A DNA stretch of 59,094 nt, the filler included, from Sphacelaria rigidula (Eukaryota): NCBI GenBank assembly GCA_964200075.2. It is 5 parts of 5 records of this genome, joined end to end, with 100 filler letters (N's around TTAATTAATTAA, not from the genome) between each part and the next. Parts side by side here need not be neighbours in the genome. Positions count along the whole stretch, not along the records: positions 11,841 to 23,580 come from CAXNAA020004566.1; positions 23,681 to 35,419 come from CAXNAA020004567.1; 3 more parts are not named here. One strand, written 5' to 3'. A model generated the notes under the pieces. The model saw only the letters and a program-made list of their open reading frames with translations. It made no database searches and was not told where the DNA came from. The translations under genes were made by a program, and so were the position numbers. Positions 11,841 to 23,752 of the stretch are shown here, piece after piece. How positions within the stretch are numbered: the stretch's first letter is position 1; each line of letters starts with the position of its first letter.

Positions 11841-12825
11841 TGTTGAGGGCAAATCAACGCTACGTACAATGTTGTGAGGTTTCATGTGCCGCAACTTGGT
11901 ACGGGATGTTCACGGTGGCTGCCTTGTTCGAGCATGAGGCGCGTTCTGCTCGCTATGTTGACATGTAAGAATGCGTTTCAGCTAGTGTATCGGTCTTGCG
12001 TCCCTGACTCACACGTTGAAATTTCAAAGCAATACATGGGTCCGTTATTGATGCACGATGATAATCAGATTGTGAGATACCAAGATGCGCGCAGGCCATG
12101 ATGTACACATACAAACGCAAGTATGTACAGATCATACGTTAGGGATACCTGGTAGTCGGTTGTCGGTTGGCATGTTGTAGGACACCCAACACATAGCAAT
12201 CCGATTCTGTATTGTTATGATTATTTGCTCTCTCAGCATGGCGTGTATGCAGAAGATCTATATTCTATATGCAGTTTATAATACACATGAACTGATGATC
12301 CGGTACGAATCCAGCCGCGTTCGCAGGGCGGACATCATGAAGGTATAGAAACACATGATGACGCATTGTGCCAAGAATAGAGAGAAAAACTTACCCAAAG
12401 CCGTTCGAACAGAGACGGACGGCAGCAAAACAGAAAAACAAAACAACCCCAACATAAGAAAGCGAAGCAAAATCAACGGAATAAAGAGCAAAACCACAGA
12501 ACAGCAGTGGAGCCACCGGATTTGTCCACGAGGACACAAGCTCGTGTCATCCTTCGCACCTCTTCAAGGGCACAAGATCTCTGATTACTTCGTTGTCCAT
12601 ATTTTAATACCGGTGACACCAATAAGTAAAACGGCACACGGCAACTCAAAATCATGCATACTATGGTTGGGTGTGGTGTGGCGGTGCTTGCTGGCGTGGC
12701 GCTGAACTTGCGCTTACATCGCGTGCGTAGTATGATGATGTATGCACACTCTTCTTGAACCCATGTATCATCTCATGTGAGTATCACATATGCTAATCTC
12801 ACACTAATTGTGGTGCAAGTTGAGC

Positions 12826-13068
12826 GTGTGACGTTTACTATGACGTGTAACGTACAAAATACGTTATTGTGACGTGTGAGAAAATATACGTCACGTCACG
12901 TCACATTTGCGACGTACTGAAAAGTTGAACGTTACGTCGCGTCAAATGTTATCACCGGTACGTTACGTTACGTCACATTTGTGACGTAATCGAAAAACAC
13001 ACGTCACGATACGTCACACCTTTGTGACGTACGTTTGTGACGTGTGACGTGTAACGTAAAGGACCCTG
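12826..13068. repeat. TGACGT/ACGTCA-rich repeat, probably the subterminal region of a hAT-type MITE
   Basis: About 13 TGACGT hexamers in both orientations in roughly 225 bp, ending at ...GGACCCTG (a CAGGG-type terminus on the minus strand). Confidence 0.6.
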
Positions 13069-13382
13069 GAAAAAAGGTTGACATCTGAAATCGCATTTTC
13101 GGTTACAAAACCAGTCATATGTGCCGCGGGCGCAAAGTGATGGTGCTGCACAAGTTGTGGTTTGTATTCGGCTTTCGAATGTGTGCATTAATCAGAGCCC
13201 TGTGCACAGGGCAGGTATGGGGGGGGGGGGACGACGATACGACCCCCCCCCGCCCCAGAATGCTCACATTACAAAGTACAACAGTGTTGTAGTTGTACCA
13301 CCTCCAACACTCACTGCCTGCAATCGATCAGTAGGTTGGCTGGATGTTCAGGCCGCCGTGCTGCACGCCTGCTACCACGTCT

Positions 13383-13685
13383 AACAGTGTTTTCGTGAAA
13401 TTGAGAGTAGAGGATACGATCGAGAGTGAAAAGCGGCCAATTATTAGTGAATTAATCGTTTCAGTTCCGAAATGCCCCTCCACGAGGCCCGATATGCTTT
13501 CTGTAGTAGCTTGCCACTGAGGCCCTTAATGTTCCTGAGTAGGATATCGACGTGTAGCTGTAAGCACACAGCAGTGATGGAGGCCAAGGAAAGCACGCAC
13601 GGGATGAAAAATTGGCTAAGTTAAAGCGAATGATCGAAGCCACTTTCAATCAGCGCTCTACCCTCAATCTCACGAAAACGTTGTT
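13383..13685 (+). mobile_element. MITE with TIR AACA..GTTTTCGTGAGATTGAG
   Basis: Termini AACAGTGTTTTCGTGAAATTGAG / CTCAATCTCACGAAAACGTTGTT; full-length homolog in opposite orientation at 29319-29598. Confidence 0.78.
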
Positions 13686-13884
13686 GTCTGCCTGCCACTC
13701 TCTCAGCGTGTTAAATGACAATCGCTGCGATGTTCGGTATCAGCGATATAGACGTTCCAAGCCCTGAGCCTTTCCGGTTCTGTTCGGTGTTCGTCATCTC
13801 ACATTTATCATGATTATTGTGTGATTTATTTCAATAATGCAATGGGAATTGCTTTCGCTCCCACAAAACACATTCCCTCGGTTG

Positions 13885-14200
13885 GGGATGGTACGGTTTT
13901 CTGTGCAACCTCTAAACCCTACCCGACAGTTTCTGCGAGTTCTTTAAGCCTCCCATACCCTTACCCGACAGTTTCTGTGAGTTCTGGACAAAATGTTTAC
14001 CCATACCCGGAGCGCGGGCATGCTCTTGAAGAAATACCTGATTGCTGGTACGGTTTTCTGTAAGCCTCCCATACCGTACCCGACAAGTTCTGTGATTTCT
14101 GTAAGACTTTCATTCAGAACCGGTACCCGACAGTTCTGTGAGCTCTGTAAGCCTCCTATACCCCTACCCTGGGTTAGCCGTTACAGATATACCCGATTGC
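13885..14200. repeat. Degenerate tandem-subunit repeat (CCGTACCCGACAGTTCTGT units)
   Basis: Repeated ACCCGACAGTTCTGTGA..TCTGTAAGCCTCCCATACC units; same family as 14874-15373. Confidence 0.7.
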
Positions 14201-14873
14201 AGGTATGAGCACACGTATATACCTTGGGGAGGTTTGGATATGAGTTAAATCCAAACACAACCTCATGAACTGAACATATGCCTACTTGTAGCTCCCATCT
14301 ATCAACCCATCCAACTCCTTAATTCAAAACTGCACACCAACAACAATTCAATGTTGAAAAATTATTTAGTCTGGGATCTGACGGGATACGAGGTACTGCT
14401 GAGTGGAAACATGAAACATGAGTAGCCGTGCAGACCGTCAGGATGGATCACCCCCAGGCTCGAGTGGTGGCTCGAGCGGGGGTGGTTCGTTTGCGCCACC
14501 AGAAGATCAAGCAGCAAGACGCACGTCATCCACGTTGATGGTGGTTGTGTCGTGGTCATCACACCCCAGGCCGTTATCGGCATCTACAGCACGGAGTATG
14601 AGCTGCCGCCGAAAGTCGTCAAGACCGGCGGCGATTTTGTCGCGTGCCGAAGGGCTTCCGGAGAACGGGCAGCCGTGAATGCTCCTTCATGTACTCTCTG
14701 GGAGTGTACGTGAAGCCGATATATGTTGACGATCCCGTTCACATGTACTACTGCGATTGTTCGTGTAGTCTTTCTCTATCAACCTCGTGAAGCTGTCCAG
14801 AGTTTTTGTGAACTGTCATCTGTATTTCGCCTCTGTCGTGGTGACGTATGTCCCACCACGGGGGTGACGATGA

Positions 14874-15373
14874 TACCAAGATCATGTTTTGTAGGGTACG
14901 GTTTTCTGTATACCCGGGGTACTCTGCCGGGTATTTACCGTACCCGACAGTTCTGTGAACTCCGTAAGATTTCCATACCGGTACCGCACCGTTCTGTAAT
15001 TTCCACGACCTTCATACCCGTACTCGATAATTATGTGAGTTCTGTAAGCCTCCCGTACCGTTACCGGGGAGCGCGGGTATGCTCTTGATAAGATACCCGG
15101 ATGCGGTTACGGTTTTCTGTGCAACCTCCATACACTACTCGACAGTTTCTGTGAGTTCTGGAAGCCTCCCATACCCTCACCCGACATTTCTGTGTGTTCT
15201 GTACAGAAACTTTACCCTAACCCGAGGGGCGGGTATGCCCTAAAAGAGTTACCCGATTGCCGGTACCAGTTTTCTGTAAGCCTCCCGTACCGTACCCGAC
15301 AGTTCTGTAATTTATGTAAGGAATCTCATACCCTACAGAATGTACACGAACCTTACAAAACACAACCTTGGAA
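14874..15373. mobile_element. Non-autonomous TIR element with internal tandem subunits
   Basis: Imperfect TIR TACCAAGATCATGTTTTGTAGGG / CCTTACAAAACACAACCTTGGAA enclosing CCGTACCCGACAGTTCTGT subunits. Confidence 0.65.
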
Positions 15374-15577
15374 TATCCCGCTGGTACAACAATACATGTC
15401 GTACTGTCTGTAGGCGCGCAGTGGCACGAGATGGCACGCAGACGAGGCCTCCAGCGCGCCAAGGTGTCTGGTAGTAGTGCGAACCGGTGAGTAGCGGGTG
15501 AATAAAGCTTGCAAAGAACGTCAGAATTCCGGCTGAGGTTGCTTCACTCTAAATGCGAGTCTACCGGTTCTCAACAG

Positions 15578-16202
15578 AAAAGCGCGGTTACGCTGGTCAT
15601 TTTTTTAGTGTTTTTCTGTAAAATTTTGATACGATGTACATGAGGTATGTGCGAAGCCCCTATCGTTTCCCCTCCCCCCCCCGCCCCATGAATTATTCGT
15701 GATCGAAAATTCGAAACATTTTTCGGTACGAAATCGTCAACAACTTATTGAAACAGAGAAAAAAACAGCGGGGGACAATGGAGTATCTACGACACACCTC
15801 ATGCACATCGTGTCCAAATTTTGTGGAAAAAGACTTGGAATTGAACAGCATAACCGCGTTTCTTTTTTCCGTGGCTGCTTAATCTCCACATTAGTACCCG
15901 GTCTTCGACACGAACACGCGATTGTGCAGCTCATTTTGTAACGTTTTCGATGAAATTTTGACACGACGTACAGCACGTATGTGCGAAGACTCCGTAATCT
16001 CTCCCCTACATTTTTTTTTCCTCCGTGAGTTGATGGCGACTAAAAATTTCAGAACATTTTTTTCGGAACTGAATCGGGGATAATTCACGCAAAAAAATAA
16101 ATGTAGGAAAGAGATGATGGGGGTCTTCGCACAGACTTCCTGTACATCGTGTCGACATTTCATAGAAAACAACAAAAAATTGAGCAGCACAATCGCGTGT
16201 CC
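15578..16202. mobile_element. Two adjacent related long-TIR MITEs (15578-15862 and 15912-16202)
   Basis: Each unit is an imperfect palindrome with arms of about 80-90 bp (e.g. ACACGCGATTGTGC / GCACAATCGCGTGT); both share AAATTTTGAYACGAYGTACA...GTATGTGCGAAG. Confidence 0.65.
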
Positions 16203-18874
16203 ACATTCCTGCCCGCGTCTTGGGCGGCTCAGCTTGTATAGAGTTCAGGGACGCACGCACCCTAAGTTGAGCACACTTGACCCATTGCGTCCCTTCATTG
16301 GACAAAACTAATTCGACCGCACAGGGGTGATGTTTTTGGTGTGTGCGCATGGCATTCCGTCGTAAATGGTTGCCGTCGGTCTCCTGTATCCATCCTTGCA
16401 TCCTTTCTTCTTTGTCAGGGCTTGAAATAATCAGGCGCCTGACTCGGGGAAGCAAGGGTATGGTTCCCAAGTATCAAACGCCTCTGTATTTTCGGCGTGG
16501 ACGCTGAACATGCGGCCCGATATTCTCCGGGGTAAAATACAGCCAGCACGCAGTGAGTATGCCCGATTGTGAAAATCAACGAAATGTCGTACGTATGTGA
16601 GGGGAGGATTAACCCTATGTGCGCCGAGCCCTGTTTCGCTACAGTATTTCGGCTTCAGGAGAATTCCGCGGTGTGTGTGCAACCACGTATGACAGTAGAC
16701 AAGACTCGGACAAAGTGGTACCGTATTGTCTGTACTGTCTGCGTACAGGAGGGTGTTGGGAAGATTTGAACAAGGTGAAGAACAAACACGGTAGAGACTA
16801 CTGTCTGCATACAGAAGAATTTGAAACAGATTTGAACATAGTATAATAGCACGTAAATGGCAGTTTGCATACAGTTGTACAGCGGTATGCGGACGAAAGA
16901 TACTGGCACCGCGGTGCATTTGGTGGTGCAAAAGAGACGAGTAATCGTAAACCCACAACCGCTGGCCAGAGTTCATTGCTTGCCTATGTTCACCAGGGCA
17001 ATGTGTTATGTGACGAAGCGTGGACGGTGAGCCCCTGAGGGACGCCTTCGGATAATACAGCATGAGACACCGCGCGGTGTCCTCCGTCATCGCTCTCATC
17101 CAGTAAAGGTTGCACTGGGCACTGCCATCAAACATTCGCGCACAAGCCTGTGGCTGCAAAGATGGTCAAATGTGATGTTGGACTCGCCTGCCACAAGCGA
17201 TCAAATATGCTCGATACCTCCGTGACGGTCGGAGCTGTCATGTGGACCCATTCAAATCGCAAGTGAATGATCCATCTGGTTCTGTTTTGAGTCTTCTTTT
17301 ATTTCACACACTTACCCCCGATAACACCCCCTCGCGCAGAAATTCGGAGTCCCGAACCCCACACCCGCATAATATGGAGTATTGGAAAAAGACGAAGTCC
17401 CCGTTTTTCGCGCACTTCTGTTCGGGTCTATTCTCGGCCAATCTCAGGCTTGCGGCGCCCAAAGGGTTCAAATCGACGCTCCGGAGCAAAATGAGGTGGC
17501 ATGGGACAAGGAAAAGAAAAGCTGTCCCTGCTTTGGTGTTTCATCACCCTCCCTATCGCACAGCTGGATCCAGCTCAATGCTGCGAGATACTGTTACTCT
17601 CGTAAAATATCGCTTCCTACGTCCCCAAGGTGGCCTGCATAATATTGGGATCATTGGCGTTCTATTGCAAAAATATTAAACATTGACGAGTTCATAAAAC
17701 CCCGTTGACCAAACACCTTGATTTAAGTCCGTAAACGCGTGGGGGAAAATATGAAAATATATACTAAAATCTCGCTCGACTTGATTTGAGTAAAAATGTG
17801 CTGAGGCAGGTACGTTCTGGATGCTACTGTCCTGAGGTTATGAGTACAATGGTGGCCCCAAACGTCAGCTCCCAGCCACGACGACTTGCGTGAGCAAAGG
17901 CATCTTCTTGCGTGTCGTACAGGGAGAGGTATCTGCGATCGCGTTTCGGAAGGCAGAATGGAGAATGACTTGTGTGGTTGTTGTACAAATATCGACACTT
18001 GGTGTCGGTACTTTCAAAGGGGGTGACGACACTTATCGTTGACCTATGCGTTGTAGTGGAAAAAATTGGGTTGGAGTTCTTGAAATAAGTGCATCTGAAG
18101 GACCCCTACACATTTGTTTCCGTATATTGGTGATTCGATACTTGATAGACTTCTTTAACGCCGTGTTTCATTTTCAATGGGAGTGTTATACAAGGTAATC
18201 TTATCGCAGGTGCAGCTTTGGCTCGCGTACTGTCTGTACTTCAATCTCCCTGTTGTCTGTGCTGACAGTTCATAAATCTTACACAGTAGCCCCAAAAAAC
18301 ATGCGAAACAAACGGAGATACATGCGGTATACACACCTCACTATCATCTTCACTTGAAATATCATCGTTTGACATGTGGCCTTGACCTCGCGGGTGTTCG
18401 AATTCGCTCCTTCCGCACTCTCAAGCGACCCGCGGCACTATTCTCAACTCAATTTCAAAAAGGCTAGTTGTCAGTGGTGCAGAAAGAAGTGAAAATGCCG
18501 ACGATATTACATGCACTGATGGCACATGCACAAGCGTTTCACCGGAGGCGATGGCCGGGTGTAGAGCCTCAAGGCAACTCCGAGACAAACAGATGAAAGT
18601 CAGCAGTCGTCCTATTCGCAACCTTCTAGCTCCATGATGTCATGTGTCACACATTTACATGTTTATGCGTTAGAGTATGGTCCATTTAATATTGCGGGGC
18701 TCTCGAAACATTTGGAGTATGGCCTATTCACATTCGGCAGGAAAAAGTCGCATTTTTAAAATTTGCCAGGTGGGGGCCCGTAAGTGACCCCGCATTACCG
18801 TAGTGGGAAATATTTGTGTTTGCGGGCACCATACCCTGCCTTCGTCATTAGTGCAGTCCTCATATCCTGCGACC

Positions 18875-19993
18875 ATGGGTTGGACATGGGGCGCTCCGAA
18901 TTCGAAAGCAGGGTCGGTAATGTCGTCATCAAAACGCGCCATTGTGCCCATGAATGATATGGACTTGGATGATACACCACCGCCTGTCGAGATATCCAGG
19001 TCCGGAAGCAGCGGCAGCATCGCCAGCAGCAACGATAGCGTACCAAGAGACGACGGCATCAGCACTACTATGGGGAACAACAGTAGTAGCACATACGGCG
19101 AGAGCGCTGCAAGGCGTGATTATCCTCCGGAGCTGCTCGCAAGCGAGAAGGATGTTGATGAACTAGGGCTTCCGGAGGCTCTGCTTGCCCCGTTGGAAGA
19201 GGAGGAAGAGGTGTCCGGCCCGATGACAGTGCTTCAGGCGAACGTGCTCGGGGAAGGCCGTATGGGTGCCCACTTGCTAGTTCAGGTACATATTTCTCGT
19301 CGAACGCATGTAAACTCAATGTCTTCCACGGCAACACCCTGTGGTGTTGTGCACAAGTATATACTATTCTCTTGGGCTTTCTTCTTTAGTTGAGCGGGAG
19401 TGCGGACTATGTTGCAATTCCTGGGATCGTCTTCCTAGTGAAGACGCAAGCTTGTGCCCAGCCACCAGCAAATCGCTCGTCGTGCTCCGTCGCCTAGGTT
19501 GCGGGAGATCAAGGAAGGAGGAAAAAAATACCGTTGTTTGTGCAAAGTTGCAGGGGCTGTAAACGAAAGAGAAAACGTCTCATCTTTTCCTGGGGTCTTC
19601 TATACACACGATCTATTCTTGGGGTCTTTCCCATTGAACCCTCTTGCACCCCCCCGCTCCGACCTTCTCTTCTTTCAGGAACAATCAGGCGCGGAGACCA
19701 CAGTAGCCTTCTCCGTGCTACTTCTCAAGCAACTACTGGACCGAGGGCTGGTTTCCGCGACCATCAAGCCGTGGGAGGGTTGCAAGGATGAATCGAACGG
19801 CGAAGACAAGAGCAACAAGGGATCGGAGAAAAGCACGGGCGGTGGTGTGGCTGGATTTTTCAGCAAACGTTCTTCGGTGGACTTGAGAGCGGGAGGCTCC
19901 ATTAACAAGAAGGCGGAGGGAGGAGAGGGACAGGAAATGCAGCTGCATGCGATTGTGTTGGCTCGGAACAAGGAAATTGCTGCCGGTATTACG
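18875..19993 (+). CDS. DEAD-box-helicase-like protein with degenerate motifs; exons 18875-19285 and 19679-19993, 3' incomplete
   Basis: ATG in accATGG context; exon 1 (411 nt) ends cag|gtacat; exon 2 (315 nt) lies between ctttcag| and |gtgagc; phase-0 join. The spliced peptide DVDELGLPEALL...MTVLQA...LLVQEQSGAETTVAF...LHAIVLARNKEIA follows the order and spacing of the Q motif, motif I and motif Ia of DEAD-box proteins. Confidence 0.7.
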
Positions 19994-21923
19994 GTGAGCG
20001 CGATGTGTCCAAGTACCGTAAATAGTGAGTGTTCCATGTTGCCCTTGCGTCGTCAAAACGCCTGGCGTACAGAGTACAGCACGATGCCTCGTAGTTCACC
20101 CATCCGCAGGTGCTGCCTAGATGTCTTATAAGGCATACAGAACAGAGATCGACACAGCGCAGTCATTTACCTTCATGCCAAGCTCTGTAAAGCCGTGAAT
20201 TGAATAACTCTTCCTTCGAATGATGTACCCTTCAATCACGGGTGCGGCTCATCTGGCCCTTCCGTCCATTTTCCAAGTGCAGACTGTGCTGATTTGGCAG
20301 ATGGCCCGCCATGGTCCCTAAAGTGGTGAACGGTTTTGTATCCATTTTGTTGGAGTCATCATTATCGTGCTTGCAGCACACAACCCCTCACATGTCGCTA
20401 CAACAGCGCAAAGAACAACTGATCAAGCCTGCGTGTGTTGTGCACATGAATGTTTCGTCTTGCCTCGGCTCATGTGACTGAGGTTCTGCAGTATCTTAGA
20501 GATACACAGCGACGAGGAGGCTGTAGAAATATGGCGAGGTCATGCACTTATACTCTGATTGCACATCCAGTGACACATATTTTCATCAGTTTCGGTAGAC
20601 GAGTGTACAGTAGTCAATGTCGTGTGTAGTAACTTTCGTAACACGAGGAAATTGCCCGATGCAATGACTTGAGTTGATACCAACTGGCTGCTACTTTTGA
20701 GATGTACAACCTTGTCCACCTGACAATTAGTGTAGCCCCACTCCCTATTTTGCCGACCATAACTTGATTCTTCATCGTGGACGAGAGGTGGGACAAGCAG
20801 GTCCCCAATGTGATGGGTTCCTCGCAGAACAACCTGTCTCTCCATACATCGAGAAATGAACGTGGAATTTTCTCGGAATCATCATACATCATACATCATA
20901 CATCATACACACTGCATATGGTGTTCTACTGCTTCTTTATGGTGCCGCCTCACAGTCATGCACTGCCCTCATGATTCGCCGGAGAAGGTCTTACGGACGT
21001 GTAGTGATGCTGTCGTGTGGTCTACTGCCACCGTGGTGCTCATACGATTGCTTGGTGCGAATTAACCGAAGTTTCGGCAGATCTTTTCGTATATGTTGCG
21101 CTCTTGTGTGACTGCCGGATCTTGGTCGGATTGTTCTGGGCCCCTCTCGATCCCTAAAATACTCTATGACACAATGCGCAAGCCTGTTCAGCAGCATGCT
21201 TGCCCGCAGTTTCCACCACTTCACACAACCCGTTTCCTCTCGCTCTCCACCTGTGTCGAGGCATCTTGGAGTCAGTGCAGCGATCAAAGTTGATTTAACC
21301 CACAAAGACCAGTCAGGGTTAGGGTTGTGGGGAATAGGGAAGAATCTCACAATGCCCACAGACAGGCCTGTTCCACAACAGCAAAGCGGTACAGACACTA
21401 ACCAATAGAGTCAATGTGTGCGCCATAATCCCATGGTTGCGGTGTAGTCCAGACCATGATACTCGCACCAACTGTCGTTCGCCCATGCATAGCATGTACA
21501 GCATGTGCAGTCTTTCTTGAATGGACGCCTATCTAGGACACTTCCTGCCCATCTTGCTTGGGCATACGCGATCTGCTATAGTGGGGCGTAAGGGTCGAGG
21601 TTGGTGTCAAGGGCGTGCGAAGATCACAGCATCTCGTTCACTCCAGCATTTTGGCGCGAAACTGAAGTGAAGCCGCTTCGGTGAAGCCGCCTCTCACACA
21701 TGACATTATTGTTCCTTCGTCATGTTCACGAAGATCCAAGTTTTCGATAAGCGCCGCAAACGCAAAATAAGTAAACCGGTGACGTGGAGTGTTGAGTGAC
21801 GATGAAATGCCGCCAGCCCAACTGACTCCTGCAGGAGATGTCTCGAACTCGAGGTTCCTGGTATACTCAGATTCCCGTGGAACGTACCCGGAACTTCGAG
21901 TTTGAGATACCTTCTCAGTGTAT

Positions 21924-22308
21924 CCTGGATCGCCCCAGTGGCTCAGTTGGTCGCCTCGAATTCTTGCGGCGACTGGGTCGTGGGTTTGAATCTCGGTGCA
22001 GTCACACGATCTGGGATATTCCTCACACAACGTTCAAGTGCAGTAGTGAAGAGGAACTATATTGTGGATACCCAATTTTACACATTTACTCGACGATCGA
22101 CGAGGGAAAGTTACTGCAGAACTCATCTCGCGATAAAAGTGGGGTGGGCACCCCACAAGGAAGGTGGGCACTAGAATGAGAGGAGGAAAATCCTACAATA
22201 GTTAGTCTTCCTCCTGTGTGACCCCGGCTGATGCGCCCACGTGTACGGAAAGGTGCAGACTAGAGTCCGGAATGGATGGGATGACAGCGAACACACCCAC
22301 TGACACAC
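21924..22308 (+). mobile_element. tRNA-derived SINE, family 1 (diverged full-length copy)
   Basis: GCCCCAGTGGCTCAGTTGG head, GGTTTGAATCTC B box, TCGACGAGGGAAA core, CCTCCTGTGTG..CC.GCTG.TGCGCCCA and GATGGGATGACAGC.AACACAC tail, as in 3279-3631. Confidence 0.8.
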
Positions 22309-22635
22309 GCTAGATATCCTTCCCGTGAATATACACGTTACCTGGGTCTTTTATATATGACATATTGCACTGGTGAAATTCGCAATGTCAACAATCGTGA
22401 CGACGAGCAGCGTTCAGGATAGATCATGACATGTGTTCAACTGCAGGAGATGCACAATATTACACTCAAAATTACACCCTAGAACGAGGTGTTGTCCCAC
22501 GTACGTACGTCGTGAGGTGCAAAGCGTTTTGGATTTACGTGATATTCTCACGGAGATAAGCGCGCGTACAAAAGAATTTTGGCCCAAAAGCGCCTTTTTG
22601 GGACCATACCCGCGGCCAAATCTCATTCCCGTTAA

Positions 22636-22925
22636 CCCTTCGACCGCGAGGGTAGTCCATCTGGATTCTGTATACTTTTCTTCAGGCAAGATTGAGGCCG
22701 TGCCTTATCAAATTGTTTTCCGACTCGAAAACGTACGGTGGAATCGAATTTGCTCGTACCTGATACGTCCACGGTACTTACGATCCCATGTGAGAAGATA
22801 AAAAGTGTAGACGAATCAGAAACGAGCGAATTCGATTCGACTGCACGTTTTCGAGACGAGAACAATTTGACAAGACGTGGCCTGATATCGACTCGCCAGA
22901 TGATCCACCACTCGCCGCCGTAGGG
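22636..22925. mobile_element. piggyBac-like MITE
   Basis: TTAA|CCCTTCGACCGCGAG...CTCGCCGCCGTAGGG|TTGA: CCC/GGG termini, TTAA-like TSD and a long imperfect internal inverted repeat. Confidence 0.6.
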
Positions 22926-23509
22926 TTGAAGCGCCGCAACTTCTCAAAACAAAATTGACGGCAAAGCTTCAAAAGCTTCCTCGCCGATACCGTAACGCCG
23001 ACGCCATCGGTGACCAGATTCATTCTGTCTGCAAGCATCACCTTTGTTGTTCCATTCCCTCATCATAACTCCTCTGCACTGTTTATCCCAGCTGTTCTGG
23101 CGTAATCACATCAATCCGCGTACTCTGCGAGTCGTCTGTGGCATCACTAGCTCGAGAAGTTACGAGAGGTATCTCATACTTGAGATTCTCGCGATGTCTG
23201 TTTCACGGTAATTTACATAAGGATATGCCGGAATCTTGAGTTTGACATATCTCAGAACTCAAACTCGAGGTGAAGGTTGAGATTGAGATACCTCAAATAT
23301 TACACAGTACAATCCTTCCAAGGTATATTGAATATTTTACAACCCTTCTAACGTATCTTGGAACTCGAGGTTTCCGGTATGCTTTGCAGTAACTCACCGT
23401 TAGAAATACTGGAAAACTGAATTTTGAGGCAACTCTGAGTTCCCCTCTGCATTTTGTCTTCCATCCACGAGTTCCAAAAACTGAAGTAACCAAGCCGGAG
23501 TAACACGAG

Positions 23510-23580
23510 CCGGTCGCCCCGGTGGCTCAGTTGGTAACCTCGTAACCTTCTGATGGTTGAGTTGGGGGGTTCGATTCCCG
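23510..23580 (+). mobile_element. SINE family 1 tRNA-like head, truncated by contig end
   Basis: GCCCCGGTGGCTCAGTTGGTAACCTCG...GGTTCGATTCCCG with intact A and B boxes; nearly identical to the head at 3279. Confidence 0.8.
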
Positions 23581-23680
23581 NNNNNNNNNNNNNNNNNNNN
23601 NNNNNNNNNNNNNNNNNNNNNNNNTTAATTAATTAANNNNNNNNNNNNNNNNNNNNNNNNNNNNNNNNNNNNNNNNNNNN
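23581..23680. other. Artificial contig-joining spacer
   Basis: N44-TTAATTAATTAA-N44. Confidence 0.98.
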
Positions 23681-23752
23681 CTAGAATCGTTAGGAGCCTC
23701 TGAACCAGACAATTTTTCGCGAAAAAAGTGCACCCCTACCGTAGCATTGCTC
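23681..23752 (-). mobile_element. Partial copy of the AG..TGCTACGGTAGGGG MITE
   Basis: GAACCAGACAATTTTTCGCGAAAAAAGTGCACCCCTACCGTAGCATTGCT is the reverse complement of the 5' end of the copy at 5218. Confidence 0.75.

Noticed and set aside
13885..15373. CRISPR-like spaced repeats
   Set aside because: The units are degenerate, the intervening sequence is itself repetitive, there are no cas genes and the context is eukaryotic
16431..17159. 242-aa minus-strand ORF, possible Gypsy RNase H remnant (HITHCPGEH)
   Set aside because: Only a faint motif resemblance, no ordered RT/RNase H/integrase motifs and atypical composition; not supportable without a search
21261..21390. Possible third exon of the DEAD-box-like gene (HLGVSAAIKVDLTHKDQ...)
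   Set aside because: Its phase is incompatible with the donor at 19993 unless an unseen exon intervenes; weak GAG acceptor; no helicase motif
23510..23580. Possible tRNA gene (A and B boxes, CTG anticodon-like loop)
   Set aside because: The D-stem does not pair and the same head leads into a 350-bp repeat body at 3279 and 21924, so it is a SINE head rather than a tRNA
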